IMG/VR virus record: IMGVR_UViG_3300017963_000233
Reading direction: 5' to 3' (one strand)
Length of the DNA: 21,724 nt
Source: a virus
The translations under genes were made by a program, and so were the position numbers. This document shows, one piece after another, positions 1 to 7,932 of this stretch. How positions within the stretch are numbered: position 1 is the stretch's first letter; every line of letters starts with the position of its first letter. The notes under the pieces were generated by a model that worked only from the letters and a program-made list of their open reading frames with translations, was not told where the DNA came from and did no database searches.

Positions 1-69
1 ATCCTCATCCGTCCTGTTCTTTGGCCTTTTGGTTCGTATATGCCAATCGCCAGTAATCAGTGGTTTCAT
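1..69 (-). CDS. sbcD: SbcD/Mre11-like (gp47-type) metallophosphoesterase nuclease, 5' end only (runs off the window)
   Basis: Not in the ORF track. Manual translation from ATG at 69 gives MKPLITGDWHIRTKRPKNRTDED..., which has the N-terminal DxH metallophosphoesterase motif I. It lies just downstream of the SbcC-like gene. Confidence 0.75.
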   Translation of the reverse strand, partial: MKPLITGDWHIRTKRPKNRTDED

Positions 70-80
70 AAGTGATGCTC

Positions 81-566
81 TCAATTGTCTGGGTTGGATA
101 TGACGTGGGGATATTTGTAGTTCAACAAATGTTTTATCTCATGGCCAAGTGTATCAAGGCTGAAATTGTTTGTGACCCATATCTGCCCATCCCTTCTTGC
201 AACGCCAATCGGATGATCGAATTGCGGGAATAATTCTTGAAGCTCTTTTGCAGATACGATGTGGATTTTTACATCTTCAAGGTGTAGTGTTTCATCGGTT
301 TTGTTTTTGTACACTTTATATGGCTCTATTTGTTTTTCATTCTTTTCCCTTTTCTCCTTTCGATCACGGATGTGAATGTACATGTTGAGTCTTTGCTCCA
401 TCTCACCTGCATAATTTTCGACATTGTGGTTTGGAGAAAGCCAATCATTCGAATCTCTGATGCCGTTGAATGTCAGCACTTGCCCCGTATTCCCTATCGA
501 TACCATACATACAGCAATGATGATGATGAGGCAAAAAAAGAATAGAATTATTTTTACAGCATTCAT
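81..566 (-). CDS. Membrane-anchored or exported protein with a C-terminal HExxH motif (possible zinc metallopeptidase)
   Basis: Hydrophobic N-terminus (IILFFFCLIIIIAVCMV) and LGHEIKH near the C-terminus. Sits between sbcC and sbcD. Confidence 0.5.
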   Translation of the reverse strand: MNAVKIILFFFCLIIIIAVCMVSIGNTGQVLTFNGIRDSNDWLSPNHNVENYAGEMEQRLNMYIHIRDRKEKREKNEKQIEPYKVYKNKTDETLHLEDVKIHIVSAKELQELFPQFDHPIGVARRDGQIWVTNNFSLDTLGHEIKHLLNYKYPHVISNPDN

Positions 567-569
567 TTT

Positions 570-1646
570 TCATCCCCCTTTCAGACCGCGAGTCGATTGG
601 CCGCATATTGGACAAATTTCGATCTCGATTAATGTCTGATTGTATCGTTCTTTCAACTTTTTTGCTCTAATCCGCAGCATTTCAGAACGTCCAGATAATG
701 ACTCTATATGTTTTAGTGCATTTTTTATCTGGACAATTCTTTGTTTATTCTCTGTGACGTTTTTTATCAAAGAAAGGACGTGTTTTGCATCGTCTTCCAT
801 TTCCAAAACGTCTTTCAATGCTTTTTGCTTTTCCAAAAAAGCATAGTACTTTTTTAGTATTCCATTCAATTCCTCGAACTTCGATTTCAATTCAAGGTAT
901 TTATCGAGTTTGGACTTCACGGAAAGAAATATGTTTTCGACAGTGAGCCAATCTTTTATCTCATCGAGAATTTCCTCATTCTCCGTTATCACATCAATGA
1001 TTGTTTTGAGTTCTTCTATTTTGGATTTCTTTGCATCTACGGAATCGAACAGCTTCTGGACTTTTTCGATGTCTTCGTTTGCTCTATTCACCCATCCCAG
1101 AAGATCATAGTTCTTTTGATTTTCCTCAATGTCTTCCTCAATACTCGCTTTTCGCCTCTTCGTATCGCTTATAATCTTATCGACCCTTTTGAAATAGATA
1201 TCGATTGCTTCATTGCCTACTGCCTTGTTCAGCATTCTTGCCACTTCGCCAGGCGATTTCTGAAAGAACAAATAAGGATCGTCTTGCGATTTGATATTTA
1301 TGTCATTCATCCTTGTGACTGATTCGACATCTTCAGGCAGTCCTTTTCGAAAAGCCTCAAGTGTCCCTTCAGTTACGGAAGTCGTGTAATAATTTTTCGA
1401 CTTCGATTTGAATCTAACAATAAAACCGTCATCGAATTGAATCGCTACACTGCATCCCTCACCCCTCTTTGCATCCCAGTTTATGAGATCGATATCCGAG
1501 TCGTTCCTTATTGCGAATTTAGCGCCTCTGATGATTGCCGATTTGCCGTGATCCGATGTGCCAACGATGATATTGAATCTCGGATGGGGTTCTATGATTG
1601 CGGACTTTATGTTTTGAATGTTTTCAAGTTCAATTGCTTCGATCAT
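570..1646 (-). CDS. sbcC: SbcC/Rad50-like (gp46-type) ATPase, N-terminal half: Walker A, coiled coil, zinc hook
   Basis: IELENIQ...FNIIVGTSDHGKSAIIR (Walker A), Q-loop-like SQDDP, long coiled coil, ends in CPICGQ. No signature motif or Walker B. Confidence 0.85.
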   Translation of the reverse strand: MIEAIELENIQNIKSAIIEPHPRFNIIVGTSDHGKSAIIRGAKFAIRNDSDIDLINWDAKRGEGCSVAIQFDDGFIVRFKSKSKNYYTTSVTEGTLEAFRKGLPEDVESVTRMNDINIKSQDDPYLFFQKSPGEVARMLNKAVGNEAIDIYFKRVDKIISDTKRRKASIEEDIEENQKNYDLLGWVNRANEDIEKVQKLFDSVDAKKSKIEELKTIIDVITENEEILDEIKDWLTVENIFLSVKSKLDKYLELKSKFEELNGILKKYYAFLEKQKALKDVLEMEDDAKHVLSLIKNVTENKQRIVQIKNALKHIESLSGRSEMLRIRAKKLKERYNQTLIEIEICPICGQSTRGLKGG

Positions 1647-1978
1647 AATTTTTTGACCTCTTCCAATGCTATTTCAGCACGTTGTAATTGTTTTTTCACA
1701 ATTCTTATCTGACTTGTTTTCCTTTTAATAAATGATTCTTTTGCCTCTTCTATTGTGGGATATGCAAATTTTTTTCTTGCTCTAAGAAGGACAAATCGTT
1801 TGTCTGAACAAAAATCAGGAAACAATTGGTTTTCTTCGTATTTTTGTACCCAAGCACCACAATCAGTTTTTTTAATAACCTTAAATTTTTTGAGTATAAT
1901 CTTTACTACCGGGATTAAATGGTAATAATCATAATGTTCCAAATAATCATCGTATCGATAAAAATAGGTATCATTCAT
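1643..1978 (-). CDS. Phage hypothetical protein
   Basis: 111 aa with 4-bp ATGA-type overlaps to both neighbours. Basic motif KKTDCGAWV...RFVL..ARKKFAYPT. Confidence 0.7.
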   Translation of the reverse strand: MNDTYFYRYDDYLEHYDYYHLIPVVKIILKKFKVIKKTDCGAWVQKYEENQLFPDFCSDKRFVLLRARKKFAYPTIEEAKESFIKRKTSQIRIVKKQLQRAEIALEEVKKL

Positions 1979-2187
1979 ATCAACCCCTCTTTTTCAGCAA
2001 ACCAGATCGGAAGGTACACAAAAACATAAGTATCCTCCTCAACTATGTTTTCGTCTTCAGGGTCCAATAGAGAACGTGGAATCCAATAGTAATTATCCTC
2101 AATTCTGAAACACATTGCATCTTTTGATGGAGTATCATCATAAATTGAATCAAATTCTACCCACTCTCGTTCTCCATAATCTCTCAT
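1975..2187 (-). CDS. Small acidic phage hypothetical protein
   Basis: 70 aa, AGGAG RBS upstream, WIPRS...LPIWFAEKEGL pattern, coupled to the downstream gene. Confidence 0.7.
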   Translation of the reverse strand: MRDYGEREWVEFDSIYDDTPSKDAMCFRIEDNYYWIPRSLLDPEDENIVEEDTYVFVYLPIWFAEKEGLI

Positions 2188-2190
2188 TTT

Positions 2191-2547
2191 CTACTCCTTT
2201 TCCTTCTTTTTGATTTCAATGTTTGGAATTATTTCATCCGCCCATTTCACCGTGCTGCAAAAAGACTTCCAGAATACATTTTTAATAATAAAGCCAATCA
2301 TCAACAAGAAAAGTATTATAGGCCAACAAGTATAAATAAAGAATAATATAATAAATAATAAAATCCAAGTTGGGATGGTCATCGTGTCTTCCATTCCTGG
2401 ACATATCGTTGATTGTTTCCCTGTAACAAAAGCAAAAGTATTCCTTGCTATTCGCTTTAAAAGCAAAGTCCCCATAAAAAATCCAACAATAAAAAAGCAG
2501 ACCCAAAATAAAATAGATCCTAATACTCCAAACATAAAACTAATCAT
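2191..2547 (-). CDS. Hypothetical membrane protein (2-3 TM segments)
   Basis: Two long hydrophobic stretches; AAGGAG RBS upstream. Confidence 0.65.
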   Translation of the reverse strand: MISFMFGVLGSILFWVCFFIVGFFMGTLLLKRIARNTFAFVTGKQSTICPGMEDTMTIPTWILLFIILFFIYTCWPIILFLLMIGFIIKNVFWKSFCSTVKWADEIIPNIEIKKKEKE

Positions 2548-2591
2548 TTCACTTCTCCTTGGTTATTAATTTCCAATTAATCCCTATAATT

Positions 2592-3164
2592 TCAATAGCA
2601 TGGCATAGTGTACCAACATTCATAGGGCCATATACTGACAATGTTTTCAACAATGACCAAATCATCCTTCGTCACTAAAACATAGCAGTATTCTAATATT
2701 CTACCCAATAATCCTAAATCCTCTGTCAAGCCTGTAAACAGCACATTGAAATCTTTGCTATGATCAAAATTGTGATTCGCTTCTTTGCATAGAAGATCTA
2801 TTGTTTCTTTCATAGTGGGTTTTAGAAAATAGCATAGAGGTTTTATACCGTCTTTGGTTCCAAAACTCCATCCTATATCTTCTTTCATTGTGGTTCTTAC
2901 CAAGGTTCTTAAAGCAAGACTCTCGCATTTTATATCTTTTTTCTCTATGCCAAATGAATTCGTTACATTTATACCGAGTATGAGCCTATCTTCCGTGAAC
3001 GCATAATACCTCTGATACCCAGCCTCATCCCCTATTCTCAACAGTCTACCTGGATACCATCTACTATGCCATCTTTCGTACCAAGGATCGGTTTTATCGA
3101 CGGCGTAAGATTGTGTGCAAATGAGAATTAAACATATCGACAGTAATATTTTCTTTTTATTCAT
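2592..3164 (-). CDS. Hypothetical exported protein
   Basis: Signal-peptide-like N-terminus MNKKKILLSICLILICTQSYA; 190 aa. Confidence 0.6.
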   Translation of the reverse strand: MNKKKILLSICLILICTQSYAVDKTDPWYERWHSRWYPGRLLRIGDEAGYQRYYAFTEDRLILGINVTNSFGIEKKDIKCESLALRTLVRTTMKEDIGWSFGTKDGIKPLCYFLKPTMKETIDLLCKEANHNFDHSKDFNVLFTGLTEDLGLLGRILEYCYVLVTKDDLVIVENIVSIWPYECWYTMPCY

Positions 3165-3372
3165 TGAAAAATTCTATTTCCTTTGAAAGTTTTGCTATCA
3201 AATTTTGTTGTTCATTTATCCAAGTATTAATTAATGCTTTGAACTCTGAAATTGACATATCCTCCTCAATTGGAGGTTTCGCTTTTGTAGTGACAAAATC
3301 AAGTTTGCATTTCAGGTCATTTAGAAAATCTGCCCACATCTTAGTAACATTTAAAATCTCTGTATGTGTCAT
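3157..3372 (-). CDS. Hypothetical protein
   Basis: 71 aa, overlaps both neighbours in operon fashion. Confidence 0.6.
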   Translation of the reverse strand: MTHTEILNVTKMWADFLNDLKCKLDFVTTKAKPPIEEDMSISEFKALINTWINEQQNLIAKLSKEIEFFNE

Positions 3373-4031
3373 CGTTTTATTTCCTCAATAAATGTTGGAT
3401 GTACTTTTGTTATGAATTCCTCGAATCGAAATATGACTGTAAGATCGTCGCCCATACATAATGAATTCATTTTGTTTGGAATGAAATCCACAATAATCAT
3501 CCATAGATCCATATGAACCATCATGCAAATATGTTTGAGATCCCGCTTGAAAATCAGAATAGAATGTTTTCTGTTTGTTTCTTCTCTTTCTTTTTCCAGC
3601 TTCTTCCACCACTTCATCAACACGCTCTCTTTGTCGGAATCAATGTAATCAAGCGCGTCGATTGTTTCTCCTGATCGCTTCAACCGCCCTGCCGTATACC
3701 CTCTCAAGGCTTTCTCGATAGGTTGTTTTTTCGCTTTCGCTTTCTCTATAATGCTTTTGATGTCTTTCGTTCTGATTCTGCCAGTCGTCGTGTACCCTGA
3801 TTTAATCTCCACAATGAAGTTTCGAATGAAAGGCTCTCCTGCATCATCGATGAACATCAGATCACCAGCCGCATTGGCCGTTGTCTTTTTCTTTTTCATT
3901 CTCGATGTATGCCGTGATCCGCTGCCATGCGTTCTATAAAATATATCATCACGGGGATAATCTTCATCTTGAGTCCACCAAAAACTCAACATCTTTGCAA
4001 CATGCTTTTCGAATTCACTGCCTTTAGACAT
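3369..4031 (-). CDS. Holliday junction resolvase (Hjc-like PD-(D/E)xK nuclease)
   Basis: KGSEFEKHVAKMLSFWW...RTHGSG...AGDL...FIVEIKSG matches the Hjc-type motif order. Confidence 0.75.
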   Translation of the reverse strand: MSKGSEFEKHVAKMLSFWWTQDEDYPRDDIFYRTHGSGSRHTSRMKKKKTTANAAGDLMFIDDAGEPFIRNFIVEIKSGYTTTGRIRTKDIKSIIEKAKAKKQPIEKALRGYTAGRLKRSGETIDALDYIDSDKESVLMKWWKKLEKEREETNRKHSILIFKRDLKHICMMVHMDLWMIIVDFIPNKMNSLCMGDDLTVIFRFEEFITKVHPTFIEEIKR

Positions 4032-4902
4032 TAAGAATCGATCTCCATTCTATCCATTTTTCAGGATCAAGGAATGACTTCATATCCAAGTCCTCGAAAA
4101 CATCCAGTATCCTTTGCTCTGTCAATTCATCTTCGACAAGATCAACGCCGCTGAAAGAGGGGTGCGGGAGTACGACAAGAGGTGTATTTTGTTCTGATAT
4201 ATCATCAAAATGATCCCTTATTTTTTGATATGCTTTGTAATGACTCGGTAATATCCCTTTTATGTATTTGATTGCTGTTATAGTTCCAACACCTTGGATG
4301 CCTTTCACATTATCCCCATCACATCCCGCAATTACTTTAACTGTCCTCCATTTCTTTGGATGGATGCCATACTTTTCCATAAACGAATCGATAGTGATTG
4401 TGCGGAGACGGCGTGGATCTGGATCATACATGGAGACGTTATCCCTCAAGCACTGATACAGATCATTATCAGCAGTAACCATTACAAAATCGGCATCATA
4501 GTGCATTGCAATGTAAGCAATTATATCATCCGCCTCGAAGCCCTTCACTTGAAATATGTTTCGAAATCCCATAGCAGGTAGAATATTTTTTCTAAGTCTG
4601 TTCAACTGCTCATGCATCGCCTCTCTTATTTGTCGTTCACCATCCGACAGATCATCCCTTTTCTCTTTATATTTTGGATATGCTTTTTTCCTCAGCGAGT
4701 ATTTCCTTGGAGAATCAAAGCAGAATACGAATTTGCCGCTTCCATGTGTGATGCCAAGACTGTACATTCTCAATAAAAAATTGTAGATGATCCCAGTCCT
4801 TATTCCATCATGATTTGTGAGATCAACATCCCGCATTGAAAACATCGCCGCATACCCAAGCATACCCCCATCAATCAGTAGATACTTTTCGTTTGATTGC
4901 AT
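4024..4902 (-). CDS. 5'-3' exonuclease / flap endonuclease (T4 RNase H / T5 D15-like)
   Basis: LLIDG, FCFDS, RKKAYPKYKEKR, FEADDIIA, TADNDLYQ, GCDGDNVKGIQGVG (H3TH motif). Confidence 0.92.
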   Translation of the reverse strand: MQSNEKYLLIDGGMLGYAAMFSMRDVDLTNHDGIRTGIIYNFLLRMYSLGITHGSGKFVFCFDSPRKYSLRKKAYPKYKEKRDDLSDGERQIREAMHEQLNRLRKNILPAMGFRNIFQVKGFEADDIIAYIAMHYDADFVMVTADNDLYQCLRDNVSMYDPDPRRLRTITIDSFMEKYGIHPKKWRTVKVIAGCDGDNVKGIQGVGTITAIKYIKGILPSHYKAYQKIRDHFDDISEQNTPLVVLPHPSFSGVDLVEDELTEQRILDVFEDLDMKSFLDPEKWIEWRSILNV

Positions 4903-4959
4903 CCCATATTCCAGTCTCTTTAAGCAAGTTGTAGGACTTTCTCAATTTCTCAAGATCGA

Positions 4960-6045
4960 TCACATCCTGATCTTTGGCTTTCTCTCCACTTCCAATTCTT
5001 TCTGTATCTTGTACCATAATTTTATGGTTCTCTTTCTGACTTGTTTTTCAAGTTCTTTATCCTCGACATATTTGACAGCATCGAACATAGAAACATAAGA
5101 TTTGCCGTCCGTGCATTCATATTTCGTTGCGCTTGTGACATCTTTGTTGAACTGCAAATTCGCTCTGATATCATCGATTCCATATCCGAATGTAATAACG
5201 ATAGGGGCTTTTCGATAAGGAGGATCGCAGGAATTCTTGATGACTTGGCATTCTGTTACGATTCCGATGCTCTTTGAAAATGTGCCAGATATGCTGTCGG
5301 GATCATCTGGATCAGTCTTTTTGATCTGTCTTTCTTTGTCGATCACTTTATTGATTTTCATTCTGATTCTTACGGATGAATAAAATTTGACAGCATTTCC
5401 GCCTGTCGCATAATCTCCATATTCTCCCTGCCTCATCTGATTCGAACATGCTATGACAAGGCGTTTGTCGGGTATCTCTCTTGCAACATGAGTCATCCCT
5501 TGACTGAATGCCTTTGCCCTCGCTTGGCCCCTCTTGTCTTTGCCGTCCATCCCCATCTCTGTCGTAAAAGCAGCGAGTGAATCTGGTGCAACGATATTCA
5601 CGACATCTTTGCGTTTTGGTATTGCTGTTCGAATACAATCGAATATTTGTTCGACGGTATCTGGTCTCGAATAATTGGTACCTTCTGCTTTTATATTGAC
5701 TCCATATGTTTCCATATATGAAGCATCCATCCGTGCTTCTGGATCAAGCACCCATGCTTGCCCTCCCCTTATCTGTGTGCTTCTTATCATCTCAACAAGC
5801 AATGCTGTTTTGCCGCAACCAGGAGGTCCAAAGCATTCCATTATGATCCCCGATGGTATACCACCTCCTTTCACCCTGTAGCCAGACACCGCAAGATCAA
5901 GCAACGTAGAGCCAGTGCTTATCATTGCATCGAAGTTGCCAGATGGTGCGGTGAACTTGAATTCTTGAGGATCAGGTTGCTCTATCGCCTTACGCACCTT
6001 ATCTTCATGCTTGGGTTTTTTGCCTCTGAGAACTGGTTTAGGCAC
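4960..6045 (-). CDS. recA: RecA/UvsX-like recombinase
   Basis: ISTGSTLLDLA, GGGIPSGIIMECFGPPGCGKT (Walker A), DPE, DSLAA, NQMR, TGGNAVKFYSSVRI, IKNS. GTG start with AAGGAG RBS. Confidence 0.93.
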   Translation of the reverse strand: MPKPVLRGKKPKHEDKVRKAIEQPDPQEFKFTAPSGNFDAMISTGSTLLDLAVSGYRVKGGGIPSGIIMECFGPPGCGKTALLVEMIRSTQIRGGQAWVLDPEARMDASYMETYGVNIKAEGTNYSRPDTVEQIFDCIRTAIPKRKDVVNIVAPDSLAAFTTEMGMDGKDKRGQARAKAFSQGMTHVAREIPDKRLVIACSNQMRQGEYGDYATGGNAVKFYSSVRIRMKINKVIDKERQIKKTDPDDPDSISGTFSKSIGIVTECQVIKNSCDPPYRKAPIVITFGYGIDDIRANLQFNKDVTSATKYECTDGKSYVSMFDAVKYVEDKELEKQVRKRTIKLWYKIQKELEVERKPKIRM

Positions 6046-7249
6046 TTTGTTTTCTCCTTACAACAGGACGCCTCTTTTGTTGAGGTTTTTCTTTTGGTTT
6101 TTCGCTTTTGACTTTTGGCTTTTCAGCTTTTTTCTCCGACATCAGACGATCTTCCTCTTTGTTGCATTCATCCCATTTTGCACATGTACCGCAATCATCG
6201 GGATATTTCTCTAAGTCAACTCCAAAAACGTGACCATAAGGGCATTGATTTCCCTCGTCAGTATGTCCGCTTCCCGTATCACCATCTTCACTTTGCTCTT
6301 GTTTACTTTTTCTTGTGATAGGAGGTCTACGCACTTGTCGAGTATTTTGTTCAGTTCTTTCCTCTTCATCTCCGCCTCTCTCACTATCTTCAGTTTCTTG
6401 TTCTGTTTCATGTGGCACATCGTCTTCCATCGGATTTTCATATTCTTCATTGTGTGAGGATGCGGAAGGGTATGAAGTGTATCCTTCTTTTGGCGGCTTT
6501 TTGCCGTGAAATGCAATGTACAATTCCTCATAGGGTACATGCATTTTTATTGCTTCATCAAGCGGGAATGTTTGATCGAGTATGCTTTCTGGTATTGGCT
6601 CTTTGCGGTCAAGAAACTTGCAATGGCTTATCTTTCTGCCCTCCCTCTCAACACCTCTCGCATCTTTGTATGAACCCGACTTCTCAAGTTTGAAATAAAA
6701 AGTTTTGCCCTTGTCAGGATCAGCGAAAGGAATATGTCCTCCGCCCATTGGCATCTCTGATTCCTCTTTCATTTTCTCGTAGGACCATGAGAAAGAGGAC
6801 TCATATATGTGAATCCCCTTAGCTTCTTCCTCACTCGTATTGTGGGGCCATATCAAAAACACGCATCGATCTTTGGCGGCTACTTTTTTGAACTCGTCCT
6901 CTGGCAATCTGCCCCGTGCGATCATGTATTCTTTGATGGGGTCTGGCTTATTCCAATTGTCGAATGGGGCAACATAGGGGATTCCATTATTGCATGAATT
7001 CTGATATACCCAAAGCCTAACCATAAAATGCAGTTCATCTTTTTTCACTGTTGGATGCTGTGATCCTGCAAAAAAAGGAATAACATCGAAACTGTTGTCA
7101 CCAATTCTGGGACTCCAAAAACCGATACCTTTTGGAATCTTTTCAGTAATGAAAATACTTCCAAAGTTCCTCTGCCCTTCATTCGTTGCCTCTTTGTGTC
7201 TTTTGCTCAGATCTTGCTTGCTTTTCTTCATTTTGTCTCTAAAGCCCAT
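6038..7249 (-). CDS. gp32-like single-stranded DNA-binding protein with a long C-terminal extension
   Basis: Aromatic-rich N-terminal domain (FDVIPF, FADPDKGKT), acidic linker, Cys-rich module. Located directly before recA, as in T4-type recombination modules. Confidence 0.65.
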   Translation of the reverse strand: MGFRDKMKKSKQDLSKRHKEATNEGQRNFGSIFITEKIPKGIGFWSPRIGDNSFDVIPFFAGSQHPTVKKDELHFMVRLWVYQNSCNNGIPYVAPFDNWNKPDPIKEYMIARGRLPEDEFKKVAAKDRCVFLIWPHNTSEEEAKGIHIYESSFSWSYEKMKEESEMPMGGGHIPFADPDKGKTFYFKLEKSGSYKDARGVEREGRKISHCKFLDRKEPIPESILDQTFPLDEAIKMHVPYEELYIAFHGKKPPKEGYTSYPSASSHNEEYENPMEDDVPHETEQETEDSERGGDEEERTEQNTRQVRRPPITRKSKQEQSEDGDTGSGHTDEGNQCPYGHVFGVDLEKYPDDCGTCAKWDECNKEEDRLMSEKKAEKPKVKSEKPKEKPQQKRRPVVRRKQSA

Positions 7250-7251
7250 AA

Positions 7252-7509
7252 TTAATTCTCCTCATTGTATTTTAGCCTTTTGTTGTCAAGCCAGTACTGT
7301 AAATGATCGATGAGTTCTTTAACTTCTTCCCTGTTCAAATGATAATCCCCATCAACCCACAAATACGAGCTACCTGGATTGGATATTGCATCTTCATAAT
7401 CGCCAACTGCTGAGGATTCTTGTATCAAGATCCCTTCAGTTCCTTCTTTTGCGGTATAGATTGGATGTGCTATCCTGATGAACCCCCTTGGCGTCTTGAT
7501 CGTTTTCAT
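7252..7509 (-). CDS. Phage hypothetical protein
   Basis: 85 aa, AAAAGGAG RBS; TPRGF...IQESSA...LWV...HLNREEVKELI pattern. Confidence 0.7.
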   Translation of the reverse strand: MKTIKTPRGFIRIAHPIYTAKEGTEGILIQESSAVGDYEDAISNPGSSYLWVDGDYHLNREEVKELIDHLQYWLDNKRLKYNEEN

Positions 7510-7535
7510 AGACTCTCCTTTTGAATTTTGCGGTT

Positions 7536-7615
7536 GCGGGAAGGCGACGGATGGCCGGTGGGTCCGCCGCTTTGTATCCCCGTTGTCCGACCTTGATCCC
7601 TTTCAGGCTTCCCGC
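7536..7615 (-). ncRNA. Putative ~80-nt structured RNA (closed 8-bp stem, abutting 8-bp hairpin, possible pseudoknot)
   Basis: Minus strand: GCGGGAAG...CUUCCCGC; GCGGCGGA/UCCGUCGC; GGUCGG is complementary to loop CCGGCC. The G-U pairs form only on the minus strand. GC-rich island in AT-rich DNA. Confidence 0.55.
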
Positions 7616-7626
7616 GTATTTCTGTG

Positions 7627-7913
7627 CGCGGAGGCAGGATTCGAACCTGCAAGTTGGTTATCGTTTCAGCCTATCCCATCGAGTGGTAATCAATGTTACC
7701 CGCCCATACCGGAAGGATAGGTTTTCGCATGGGCAACGCTCTGCTTATGCTGGCCTTGTCCAGCAGCAATTCTCCTTCTGTACTCTTCAGTTGCCTGAAG
7801 CTGAGAATACTCCCATACCAACAGCGCCATGTAACCGCGTCTACCAATGGCAAGCCTGTTTTTATCAAAACAGGGTGGGCCTCACCAATACTTGCCAATT
7901 CCGCCACTCCGCA
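7627..7913 (-). ncRNA. tRNA-like RNA (~287 nt) with large insertions in the D-loop and anticodon loop
   Basis: Acceptor UGCGGAG/CUCCGCG; D-arm GGCGGAA..UUGGUAGACGC (Leu-like); anticodon stem GGUUA/UAACC; T-arm GCAGG-UUCGAAU-CCUGC. No encoded CCA and no readable anticodon. Confidence 0.75.
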
Positions 7914-7932
7914 CATAATTATTCATTCCAAC

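Noticed and set aside
7670-7734. Canonical HDV-like/theta ribozyme
   Set aside because: Only 4-5 nt lie between P2 and P1', too few for the standard P3/L3. Kept only as a pseudoknot.
7627-7913. tmRNA, group I intron-containing tRNA, or archaeal BHB-intron tRNA
   Set aside because: No G3-U70 Ala identity pair, a true D-stem is present and no tag-like ORF is evident. No recognisable group I P7 core. No clear bulge-helix-bulge at the insert junctions. Only a covariance-model search can fully exclude these.
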